Positions 26,781 to 39,698 of a stretch of DNA of 64,000 nucleotides are shown here, one piece after another; the stretch's first letter is position 1, and each line of letters opens with the position of its first letter. The stretch lies in NCBI RefSeq assembly GCF_009914755.1, contig NC_060929.1. One strand, given 5' to 3'. A program made the position numbers and the translations under genes. This stretch comes from the human T2T-CHM13v2.0 reference genome, Homo sapiens. The notes under the pieces were generated by a model. That model saw only the letters and a list, made by a program, of their open reading frames with translations. It had not been told where the DNA came from and made no database searches.

Positions 26781-27300
26781 CATGTACTGAGTTTCTACTA
26801 TATCCCAGAGACTATTCTAGCTACTGAGTATAGAGCAGCAAATGACAGAGACATGCAAGCTACCCCCATGCAGCTTTCATTTTTATGGGGAGACAAAAAC
26901 ACCTAAATATCTTAATAAGTAAATGGGATATTTATTAGGGATAAGTTATAGAAATTACATAGAAGAGGGTAGTGGCTGAGAGTGGCGGTGAAAGTTATCA
27001 GGGCAGGTGCTTCCAAGGAAGAGATAGTTGAGCTACCCCTCAAATGAGGTCTATGATAGAAAGAGCCAGCCATATGAAGCTCTGCAGAAGCAGTGTGCCT
27101 GGCAGAGGAAAAAGCTTGTGCAAAGTCTTGGAGGCAGGAATGATTTTGCTGTGGTTGAGACAAAGAAAGAAGCGTCAGTGTGATAGGAATACAGTGAAAT
27201 GGAGGGAAAGTGGTACTAGATGAGGCTGGAGAAGAAAAGAGAAATAGAATTATGTGAGGTCTCTTGGTCCATGTTAAGAAGTTTGGATTTAAGTTCAATG
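26780..27300 (-). mobile_element. L2 LINE 3' fragment
   Basis: tactgagtttctactatatcccag, gtgcaaagtcttggaggcagga and taagaagtttggattt motifs. Confidence 0.7.
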
Positions 27301-28634
27301 AGCATTTGTTTAATAATTTCAGCATTTGAGAGTATCTACACTACTTTGTCAAGTATTTGTACCACAATTACCAACTATGTTGTTTCTTGTGGTTTTATTC
27401 TTCAAAGCAAAGCTTTTTGGAGAAGCCTTCAGCAATCCATACACTCTCTTCTTCCTAGAGATTTCTAGCACTTGAGTGGCTTGTTTTTTGCATGGCATAT
27501 TCTGCTTTTCGGTTGATTAACTTTCACCCCAGAAAGAGTGCAAATTAATAAACTTAGGGTGGTTTTAGAGATCACTGTTTTTCCCACAGTGCCTTACAGA
27601 GTCTTCTGCTTCCTAAACACTTAGTAATAATTGTTAATTACCTAGTTCCCTGAGGTAGATTGGGTGAGGGTGTAAATTTTCATTTACTCATCACAGTGCC
27701 TAGGGTAATGTCATACACAAAGTAAATATGCAAGCTGAGGAAGTCCAGTTGTGGGGAATGTGTTTAATCATGGGACTTGGTGAAACAAAAATTAAGATGG
27801 AATATTTGGTTGGTAGACGTTGACTTTGCCAGGGTATTTAGCCACAAATAAAGCCTTTACAAATGCTAATAAAACAACACTGTGGGTTGAATATACATTT
27901 TAGTAAGACGTTTTAAATAATCAGGAAGAAAACATTTTTCTGTTATTGTTTTCTGTTTTACATGTGACTACATGGATAATTGATTCACAGTTTTCACTTT
28001 AAGTTGCTTTGAAGTTACCGTTCATATATGGCAGGATTTAGTAAGCATGTCTGTCTGTGTCTACTCCGTTGATATGCTCGTGGATTTAAAGCCTCCAGAC
28101 CCAGGTCCGACCTTTGTTGTTGAGCCTCACAGGAAAGCTGTTCAATCTCCTGGATCACCTAGGTTGCTATTCTCCCCACCTTTTGCAGCGCCTTGATGTG
28201 TCATTTGCATTCCCACACGGTTTCTGTATAAGAATCATTTAGTCTCAACAAACTTGCCGTTTGATACCCAGCTGTTTGTTGAGTATTGCAGCTTTCAGAG
28301 GAGGTGCTCAGCAACAGCTCATAATAACGCTAAATGAGTGCCCCTGGACGGCAGTATGTAACACAAAGTATCTAGTTATTCCTATTCCAATTAAGAAGAG
28401 TACTTGTGTGAGCTGCATTTAAAATGAGGAGGCTGAGAACCCATTTTTTTTTTCTATAAAAAGCGGTGAGTTGCTGTGGGAGTGCTAATCTTTCTCTTTG
28501 CTCCCAGTTTGAAACTTCCGTGATTCTAATAATGCTGCATTTGCTTTAAAAATCTCTGGTGCAGGCGGGGATGTGCACATTGCTGATGGTATGGTCTGAC
28601 ATTGAGCCTTTACCTTTGTGTACTGGGAAAGATA

Positions 28635-28790
28635 AGCAACATTTGCTGAGGGTTTACCACGTGCCAGGTGTACTGTAAAGAGTTGCACTTCACACAGTCT
28701 CATTCATCTACTCCTAACAGCCTTATGAGTAATTAATAATCCTATTTTATAAATGAGGAGACAGACAATTTATCCCAGATGTTGACCTAA
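28635..28790 (-). mobile_element. MIR
   Basis: catttgctgagggtttaccacgtgccagg ... attttataaatgaggagacag core. Confidence 0.7.
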
Positions 28791-29411
28791 ATCCCTGCTT
28801 TGTAAGTTCAGTTGAGGGTAGATCCTTCCTTTCTAATATTTCATCAATTTATGCTCAAATTCTTATGGGGTAAACTTAGGGAGAGCTTCGGTAAACGTGA
28901 AACGAAACATTCTCTTAGGAACGAAAAAAGACTCAGTAAATGGGTTTTTTTTCCCTGAAAGAAAACTAGGAATTGCTTACAGTGGAGTACCCAGGGCAGT
29001 GTGCACCACTGTCCATGGTGAGTTCCTTGTGCCGAAGGGGGCAACTAGAAAGTTTAGCCAAAGGAGACGATTAGAAAGCACTGACCGCGCACTTACATTG
29101 GGACGCGCAGGCAGAGGCAGGACTCGCGCGCTCCTAAGCCGAGGCAGGTCAGCCTAGGCGCCTGGCTGCTGGAAGAGTCCATTAGGGATGGCCAAGGCAG
29201 GGTGTTCCCGACGCCAGAGCGCGGACCTGGCTGCCCGCTGCGCAGAGCAGAGTGCGCAGCCCGGGGCGGCCACCCCCGCTCCGCTGGTCAGGTGAGCGCT
29301 GCCCCGGGAGCCATGGGTCCTATTGGAGCAGAGCGAGGATGCAGAGGGAGGAGGCAAGGGAGGGGGAGAAAGGGGAGGAGGATGGAGCCCTCCTCCTGAT
29401 CCTGTAGTGGT

Positions 29412-29507
29412 AGTAAGAATCAGCAGCGCGGGCAAGGAGTACGGACGGGAGTCAGAGGCAGAGCGAGGGTGTGTGGAGGGCCGGCGGGGACCGCCGGGAG
29501 CGCGCGG
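29412..29507 (+). other. ADGRV1: ADGRV1 exon 1 5' UTR (TSS approximate)
   Basis: agtaagaatcagcagcgcggg...gcgcgcgg directly precedes the ATG; start position is from my recollection of the reference mRNA. Confidence 0.7.
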
Positions 29508-29529
29508 ATGTCGGTGTTCCTGGGGCCAG
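29508..29529 (+). CDS. ADGRV1: ADGRV1 (GPR98/VLGR1) coding exon 1: MSVFLGP+G, start of the signal-peptide region
   Basis: ATG TCG GTG TTC CTG GGG CCA G|gtaggc; matches the known N-terminus MSVFLGPGMPSASLL; 22 coding nt, phase-1 donor, in a CpG island. Confidence 0.93.
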
Positions 29530-30964
29530 GTAGGCTATGGCTGAGGGGTGGTGCTGCGAGCATCGCTGAGCCCCAGGGGAGCGCCTCAGCATCAGCACCT
29601 GTTGCTGCAGGTGGGCGGCGAGGGCGGCGCGGAGGGCGGGCCACAGCCGGGCCCAGGGAGGCTGGGCGCGCACCCGGCGCCGCGGCCTGCGGGTAATGGG
29701 GCATAGCTGCCCGCGTCGGTTCTGTCCAAGGCTGCGGTTTTGCAGGGAGCGTTAGGTTCCTGCACCCCCTACCCGCCCTTTCCAAAGATGTCTGATCTCA
29801 AAGAAGGTGAGAAGTGAATGAGCAGAGTGAAGAGTTTATTTTCTTCTTTTTCTGCCTGTTTGAAACCGGAACCCTACCTAGCTTTGATTTTAAAGTCTTG
29901 CTGAAAAATAACAGACCAAGAACGGTGCGCCATAGGTAATAATTGATAATGGGAAGGGTGAGATAAACTTAAGGAGACTTGTTTGTGTTCCAAAATAACC
30001 ACTGCGTCGAAGAATTTCAGTGAAATATATTGATTTTAGGGAGCTTGGGATTAACATGGAGCTATAGAATAATATGTATATGTATATATATTTAAAAACT
30101 TACAAATTTTTAATTTTAAAAACTGTCTCAAAATTGATTTTTTTCTTAAAATCAAGAAATTATAGCAGTGTTCGTCAGGGGAAAATTGATTTTAAGGTGT
30201 GTTAACTTATCCTATGTAACTTGTTTTAAACCAACTTTTCCCACTTCATGAAATCCACAGCCTTTAAAATGTGTGTAATGTATTTACTAGTATGCTATAC
30301 ACTCTTTTAGAAACTGATATCAAATTTTAAAGATGCATAATTACTGAGAATTAGGATGAAAGTCAAAAATATACCTTAACTCATACAGCATGATTAGAAA
30401 TTCTTACTGAAGTTATGATTACTTTAAATTACTAAAGTGTTTTTTCTCCCTTTGTGTGTCATTTATCAAAATAATTAGATCAAACAACAACAACAACAAA
30501 AACCCCCAAAAGATCATAAGGAAGAGAAAAAATGATATCTTAGGCAGGATACAAATGAGCACCAATAATTTATTCTGGGTTAATTTCATAGAGTAAGTGG
30601 CGAACTATTCCGCCTATATAATTTGAGAAAAATGTAGGTTACAGGGAGATGTCAAATAGACTCTGAACTGTGTTATAATAAAATATATTAAATATATGTG
30701 ATTAGGTATAATTTTCTGGCTCTGCCATTAACACACAATGACTTCGGACATTCACCCATCCTTCCAGGCATTAGTTTCTTCATTTATAAAATAAAGTAAT
30801 TGGACTAGGTGATTGCAAAGGTTTATTTCAGCTAAAAATATTATATCTCTCAAATTATTACTTTTAGAAGAAGTAACCAAGATACACAGACTTTAAAAAT
30901 TTACAACTGAAGTACGACTGAATCCTATCTCCATTTTCTCATTTCCATGATGAATAAATATAGC

Positions 30965-31150
30965 AGTCACTCCTTAATGAATGCCTGCTATGTAGTGAAT
31001 TCTTAGAAACCCTTTACATAGGTTATCTTATTTAACACAATACCACCATAAATTGAATAGTAGTATATCCCAATTTATAGATAATGATACTGAAGAATGA
31101 AAAGTTTAAGCTCCTTGCCCAGAGTTCCAGTTTATAAGAACTGGGTCAAA
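30965..31150 (-). mobile_element. MIR fragment
   Basis: aatgaatgcctgctatgt, cccaatttatagataatgatactgaag and cttgcccagagt motifs. Confidence 0.55.
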
Positions 31151-34100
31151 TATTTTTTCCAAATGCTCTTAGGACCTATACTATACTGAATGGGATGATT
31201 AAAAGCTAAAATTGCCTATAAACTGAAGTAATCTTGGACTACTATAAGAGTCTATAATGGGGCAAAGGTAAATTATGTAACACTGAGTCTTCATACCATT
31301 AAATATATAAGTGCTGTATCAGTCTCCATTTATTATATCTTAAAAAGTTACATATTTATGCTGTATATTTATTAATTGAATGCCAGTTGTATTCTCAGAA
31401 AGTGATCATATGAGATATATTTGTAACACAAATGGTTTTATGGTAATAAATATAACTGCTAGAAAAAATGTGAGAGGGCAGAAGCTAGTATTAAGCAAAT
31501 GCTGGTATTAAGTATGTCAGATGTCTTTCTACTTGAAGGTACTCATGCTTGAGACAAAAATGCTTACACCCAAGGGAAAAGGGTGTTCAGAGTAGAATTA
31601 GCTGTGACTAAACTCTTTTGTTCATATCCTATGATGAATCATAATAGTATGTCACATTTATTGAATATACGTTGTATGCCAGGAATTCTCTTAAGCCCTT
31701 TATTAGTATAATTTTATATTGGATCATGAATTAAATTGTATTATCCTGATTTGCAAATGAAGAAACCGAGGCAGAGAGATCTATGCCCTGGGAGGACCCA
31801 CAAAAAAATACTTTTTATCTTAGATTAAATGTGTGATCGTTCATTGTTCTGAAATTCTTAGGCTGTGAATGTAACATGAAATCTTGAAGCACTGGAAGGA
31901 GACTTGGAGCCAAACTAAACCAACCTCTTTATTTTATATTTGAGGTAAAAGAGACCTAGAACAGTTAAGAGACGCACTTAAGGCCACATATTTTAGTCAC
32001 CTATACATTCTCATAAACTATTAGGTAAGAAGTATCCTAATGGGTAAACTTGGTTATTCATTGTTTGATTTATTGTCACGCAAACAAATGCCACCTCATG
32101 CCGTTTCTTATATTGCTGCCCTACTTTTATTTAAAATTTCAAGGTTGCCCCAATTAGGATGCAAAATCCTTGAAGACAGTGATTGTATTATATATTTCTC
32201 TTATATAGTATCTATAGGGTTCAGCATAGTGGTTAACCTATTGAATAAGTTGCTTTGTTGCCTGTTTGCCTTTGATAAGTCATTATTTTATGCACCAGGT
32301 CTGAAATCTACACAGTGGAAGCACAATGCCATCACCATTTTTCACTTCATGTAGAGGGCAACTAGACAATTTATGATGCTTACAAAGTGTAATGAGCTTC
32401 TTAGATAATTATTTAATTTGGTTATAAAATGCAGTGTGTTACCATGGAGAGATTTGGATGTGTATTTCCCTGATTTTGGGGGGACAAATTGCATAGCTAA
32501 GTATCACACACAGTTCAATTTACCTCCCCACCACTCTGTTCTTTTGATTTGGAAATAACTTTTTTTTCTGAGTGCAAAGATAATGCAAAGTCATGCAGGA
32601 AATTCAGACAGTAAAGAAATAATGAAAAAATCACCAGAACCTCCCCAGTCTAAAGGTTTTGGTGAACAGCCAGCCAGAGAGGTCTTTCTTCTCTTAACTC
32701 CTGTCGAATCAGGGTGAGAGCTGAATTATTTATTGAAACCATTTACAGTAAAGTTCTATTTAGTTTTAGTATTCCATTACTCCTGGGCAGTTCAGACTTT
32801 ATGTAAATAAAGATATTTGTTGAGCAATGAAGATAAACATACTACTAATAAACTAGAGTCTACTCCATGTAGAATGGAGTAGTACAGAAAGTTGATTTCC
32901 TCACATCGTATGCCTAATTTTTTCCTTTCACAAGGTAGGTTTGGGAGCACAGGGAGCATCTTTTGCATGCATGGAGGGTTCTCCAATATGCCAGGATCTT
33001 AGGCCACACATGAAGCCACAGCACCCCAGCTCTGTTGCCCTGAGTGAGGTGTGGCAGAGGAGGAGAAGGGTGGAGCTGAGGCACAAGCGGCTGTGGTAAT
33101 ACAAAGGCTGTGTTTTCCGATTCTACTGTGACACACTATACACTTAAAAATGTACCAGACCAAGTCCCTCCCCGAGCTGCTGGGCAGGTGGTCATGGGGC
33201 CCTTTTCTGGTGCAGTCACGCGTAAGTCTGGCTTTACCTCAAAGCCAGGGCAAGATGCTGATAGGGCATTTCTCATTCATTTATTCAGGATTCTGAAAAC
33301 CTAGAATGGACCCTCTTTTATATTAAAGGGAAACACTGGCTGCTGGAATCATTGTCCATAAATGAGTCTTGAAGTAATACTCACAAAATTATTAAGTATA
33401 AAGAAAAGTTGGGGCATCTCTTTGAGAGAGACAATAGCTCTTTCTGTATGCATTCGGATGTAATTACATTGAAAATATTTGTTTTGAAGATTATGTTTTC
33501 TGGTTATTTTAATTTCATAAATCTATTTGTTATTCAAAACTTCTTTCCCTAGGCATATTTTCTTTGTTTATACTATACATTTGAGCAGAGAGATTTTTCA
33601 TGCTTCACTTTATTAGGGGCTTAACATGGCTTTAATCCAACCATCTGTTCGCATCTTGGCACATCAGCATGTCTGAGGTGCTGGTAGGGGCCAAATAAAT
33701 TTCCCACATTTTAAAGGTTAGGGAAAGAGCTACCTTTATGAATAGATTTCAAATGATTCTCAGCAAGACAATGGTATAGAAGTGGAGTAAAAATGCATTT
33801 CATTCTCTGAAGCACAAGGTCCCCTGTCTGTCTTCAGTTTTGCTGAAAGGCAATTAGCATTTCAACTAGCCAATTTGGTTACATGCAACGAAGTACTTGG
33901 GTTTATAATTTGCTGCTCTGTCTGAGGCTGTTGAGTGCTAGGTCTTATGTAATCCTTTCCAAGTAGCCTTCTCTCCAGCATAGTTATTGTTGCTGGTCTT
34001 AAATAACTAATCAACAGAGAGTTTTCCTTGCCTTCAACTGTAGGGTGCCATAGGGCAAGGAAAATGAAATACCAAGCAAATAAGGGGATGACTGTAATTA

Positions 34101-35233
34101 TAAATAGTCATTATTGAAATGTGGCACAGGTTGAAAGACATACAATAGCTTCAAATAAAATGCAACTCCAAAAAGTCATTGTGTGCACTGTTAATGGTTT
34201 CTCATGCAGTATGCACAATAAGCATAGGGCATACATGCTGGGATTAATTCAGTTAACATGACTCAAAATTAACAAAGAAGGTGCAATTCCTTTATGCCAG
34301 AAAGAATTTTGTTGGGAATAGGTTTAAAAGAGAAAAGATTCTAAAGTGTTACAACAAATGAATAAGTGCTCTGAGGCATATTGTGGAAATAAAGGTTTTG
34401 TACTGTGTGCTAATTGAAAATAAGATTTTTGTCAGCTTCTTTAGTCGTGAATTTTGACAATTAGGTAGTATTAATATACTTCATGTATACACTCATATTT
34501 CTCTGAAGGAGCCACTGTATGGTATGGTAATCCTTTTGTTAGGATAATTAGGATGATATTTTCCTGTAATCCATGTCATGGACCAGCAATTCAGTGTAGC
34601 TCATCTTTTGGTGTAACACTGTTTTTGCATAGATGTACTTGTGTAATTATTTGGAGGTAAAATAGTACATTTTTCATTCTTCAAGTAATGTTTAACTGAA
34701 AGAAGGCATAATAGAAAGAAGTGTTTTAGATATGTCTTACAAGTGATCAGTATAATTTTGAGAACATATGTGAAAGAATTGATTTTCATTTATATTTCCA
34801 ATCTGCGATTATAAAGCTTTTGTTACGGTTATAGTTAGAATCATTAGTTTTATTTAACTAATTTCAACAGTGTTGATGAGCAGGAATGAAATGAAGAGAG
34901 CTTGTTCCTTCTCTGGCAGACTAGTAAGCTAAGGTTGGAGAGTGTTCTGGAAAAAGTGGGACTTGATTGGGACTTTGAAAAATGGTGGAAGAGAGGGAGT
35001 GGAAAAAGGTAGAGAGGACTGGGACTAGCTTAGATTAAAGGTGCAGAAGCATGAATAATACAAGTGTTTTGTCCCAGACACGTATTAGATTAACCTGGCT
35101 GGAAATGTTGAAAGAAGAGAAAGAGATAGCTGGAAGTGCAGAGGTTTGATTGTTTTTTAAATTGATAGATAATTCACATATGAAAAACAATCACCTTTCA
35201 AAGTACACATTTCCATGGCGTTTAATATATTTA

Positions 35234-35537
<304 letters not shown>

Positions 35538-38000
35538 GTTGTGCAACCATCACCACTGTCTATTCCAGAACATTTTCATCACCTCCAAAAGAAGCTCTCT
35601 ACCCATTAGCTTTTGCTCTCTATCCCACCTTTCTCCACTGCCTTCCAATTCCTGGAAACCAGTAATCTATTTTCTATCTCTATAGATGTGCCTATTCTGG
35701 GCATTTTGTATAAATGGAATCATACAATATGTGGCCTTTTGTGTGTACTTTCACTTAGCATGATGTTTTAAAGATTCATCCATGTCGTACCATGTAGCAA
35801 TACTTCAATCCTTTTGTAAATGCCAAATAATATTCCAGAGTATGGATATGCCACCTTTCATTTATGCATTTATAAATAGATGGTTGTTTGCATTGGTTTT
35901 ACTTTTTGACTATTATAAATAATGCTGCTTTAAGCATTTGTATACAAGTTTTTTTTGTGCTGACATAAGTTTTTTGTTCTCGTAGTGGCCCATCTAGGAG
36001 TGGAATTGCTAGGTCATATTGTCACCCTGTGCTTCATTTTTTGAAGAATTTCCAGCTGTTTTCTAAAGTGTGTTTACCATTGTATATGCCCACCAGCAAT
36101 GTATGAGAGTTTTGATTTCTCTCTGTCTTTTTATGTTAACCATCCTATTCGGTGTGAAGTGGTATCTCATTCGGGTTTTGATTTGTATTTCCTTAATGAC
36201 TAATGATGTTGAGAACCTTTTCATATGCTTGTTGGTCATTTGTGTATCTCCTTTGGAGAAATTTCTATTCAGGTTTTTTGCCCATTTTAAAAATAGGATT
36301 TTGTTTTTGTTTTTGTTTTTTATTGAGTCATAAGAGTTCTTCGCATACTCTAGATACTAATCCCTTATCAGATATATCATTTGCAATTTTTTTTCATTGT
36401 GTGGGTTGTCTTTTTACTTTCTTGATGGTGTCCTGTGAAGCAAAATGTCTTTAATTTTGTTGAATTAATTTATTTAACTTTCCTTTGGTTGCTTATACTT
36501 TTGGTGTCACAGCTAAACAACTGTTGCCTGATACAAGGTCACAAAAATTTATACCCATGCTTTCATCTAAGAGTTTTATAGTTTAAGCTTTTACATTTAG
36601 GTTTTTATTCCATTTTGTGTTAATTTTTAATATGATATAAGCTTCCTTCATTTGCACATAGATATCCAATTATCCAGGTTCCATTTGCTGAATAAATCAT
36701 TCTTTTTTCATTGAATTGGCTAGGCTTCACTGTCAAAAATTAATTGACTATAAATGTATGGTTTTATTTCTGGACTCAACTCTATTTTGTTGATCTAGTT
36801 TTCTGCCAGTACCTCACAGTCTTGATTATTTTACATATTTTGTTAAATTTCTTCCTAAGCATTTTATTGTTTTATTAATTATGTTGTAAATGCAATTATT
36901 TTCTTAATTTTATTTTTGAATTCTTCATTACTAATGTATAGAAATAACAATTGATTCTTGTATATTGATTTTGTATTCTGTAATCTTGCTGAACTCTTTT
37001 ATTTTTTTATGTATGGTGTTTTTAGGATTTTCTATATACAATATCATGTCATCTGTAGATATAGTTTAATTTATCTTTTCCAAGGATATGTTTTATTTTT
37101 TTTCTTGCCTAATTGTCCTGCCTAGAACTTCCAGTAAAGTGCTGAATAGAAATAATGAGAGCTGAGATCCTTGTCTTGTCCTGTGATCTTAGAGAGAAAA
37201 CTTTTGGTCTTTCAGCATTAAGTATGATGTGGATACCCATTATAGATACCCTTTGTCAGATTGGAGAATTATCCCTTTATTCCTAATTTGTATAATAAAA
37301 AGATGTTGATTTTTTTCAAGTGCTTTTTTTGTGTCTTTTGAGATGATCATGTGATTCCCTCTGCTTTTTTTCTATTAATTTGGTACATTGCATTAATTGG
37401 TTCTTGATGGTGAACCAATGTAGCATTCTTGGATAGATCTAATTTGGTTATATAGTGTATCATTTGTTTTATATGTTACTGGATTTGGTTTGCTAGTATT
37501 TTGTTAAGAGTTTTTGTGTCAATATTCATAAGGGATACTTGTCTTAGTTTTTTTCTTGGTTCTTTTTTTCCATAATGTCTTTGTCTGGTTTTAGTATCAG
37601 GGTAATACTGGCCTTATAAAATGGTTTGGGAAGTCTTGTGTTTTATATATATATTTTTAAGTTTGTGAAGGGTTGATGTTAATTATTCCTTAAACATTTG
37701 GTAGAATTCACCAGTGAAACCATCTGGTCCTGGACTTTCTTCATGGTAAGTTCTGCAATTACTAATTCAATCTATTTAATTGTTGTGGGCATATTCAGAT
37801 TTTTAATTTCTTTTTGAGTCAATTTTGGATGTTCGTATCTTCCTAGGGATTTGTTTACTTCTAGGTTATCTAGTTTGTTGGCATGTAATTGTTCATGGTC
37901 ATGCTTTATATACTCAGTTTTATTTCTGTAAAGTTGGTAGCAATGACCCCTTTTGAATTTCTCATTTTAGTAATTCAAATCTTCTTCCCTTTTTTCTTAA

Positions 38001-38328
<328 letters not shown>

Positions 38329-39212
38329 CCTTTTATTATCTTTTCAAAGAACCAACTTTTACTTTTGTTGATTTTCTCTGTTGTATTTCTATTCTATATT
38401 TTATTTGTTCCCACTCAAATATTTTTTCTTTGTTTCCTTCTGCTTGATTTGGGTTTAGTTTGCCTGTTTTTTTCTACTTTCTTAAGGTGGCAGTTTAGGT
38501 TCTTTATTTGAGATCTTTCCTTTTTTTAATATATGCATTTGTGCCTGTAAATTCTCTTCCAAGCATTGCTTTAGGTGCATCCCATAAGTTTTGGTATGCT
38601 CTGATTTTATTTTCATTAATCTCAAATTATTTTCTAATTTACATGTGCTCTCTTTTTTGATCCTTTGGTCATTTAGGAGTGTGCTGTTTAATTTCAACAT
38701 GTTTGTACATTTTGCACTTTTTTCTGTTATTAATTTCTAATCTCATTCTCTTATGGTTGGAGAATATACTTTGTATGATTAAAGTTCTTTAAATTTATTG
38801 AGACTTGGTTTAGGACCTTACATATTATCTCTTCTGGAGACTGCTTCATGTGTACTTGATAAGATATGTATTCTGCTGTTGTGGGGTGAAGTGTTCTATA
38901 GATGTGTATTAGGTCTAGTTAGTTTACAGTATTTTTTAACTCTTCCCTTTTCTTGTTAATCTTTTATTTAGTCGTTATATTCAGTATTGAACATGGGGTA
39001 CTAAAGTCACTAACTATAATTGTTAAATTGTCTGTTTTTCCCCTCAATTTGGTCAGTTTTTAATTCATGTGTTTTGGGATTGGCTTTTTATGTGCCTGTA
39101 GGTTTACAATTGTTACATCTTTCTGATAAATTGAGCCCTTTATCTTTATAAAATATCCTTCTTTGTCTGTAGCAACATTTTCTGTCCTAATGTCTATTTT
39201 GTCCAATATTAA

Positions 39213-39601
39213 TGTCTTAGTCCATTTTCTGAATACCAGAGATTGGGTAGTTTATAAGCAATAGAAGTTTATTTGACTTACAGTTTTGGAGGCTGGAAAG
39301 TCCAAGAACTTGGCTCTGGTATCTGGCAAGGGCTTTTGTGCTATGTTATTCCAGGATGGAAAGTTAGAGGGCAAACAAGCATGTGAGACAGAGAGGGGAA
39401 ATTAGACCAAACTTATCCTTTTATCAGGAGGCCACTCCTGTGATGACTAACCCACCCCCCTAATAGCAGTATTGTTCCATTCATGAGGGCAAAGCCTTCA
39501 TAATGTAATCACCTCTTAAAGGTCCTACCTCTCAACACCGTTAGTTACAATGGCAATTAAATTTCAGTATGAGTTTTGGAGAGGTCATTCAGACCACAGT
39601 A
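39213..39601 (-). mobile_element. MaLR solo LTR (MSTC/MSTD-like)
   Basis: tgtcttagtccatttt ... ggaggctggaaagtccaag ... aatcacctcttaaaggtcc ... cattcagaccacagta. Confidence 0.8.
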
Positions 39602-39645
39602 ATGAATATAGTCACTTCAGCTTTCTTTTGGTTTCTGTTTGCATG

Positions 39646-39690
<45 letters not shown>

Positions 39691-39698
39691 TTTTTTTT
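39646..39698. repeat. (AT)n followed by poly-T
   Basis: atatatat...tttttttt. Confidence 0.95.

Larger units (their letters stand above)
29080..29790 (+). promoter_or_regulatory. ADGRV1: CpG island / ADGRV1 canonical promoter
   Basis: Dense CpG and high GC around exon 1; G-rich purine tract 29343-29385; no obvious TATA box. Confidence 0.9.

Noticed and set aside
29469-29696. 75-aa ORF containing MSVFLGPG
   Set aside because: Only 29508-29529 is exonic; the remainder reads into intron 1.
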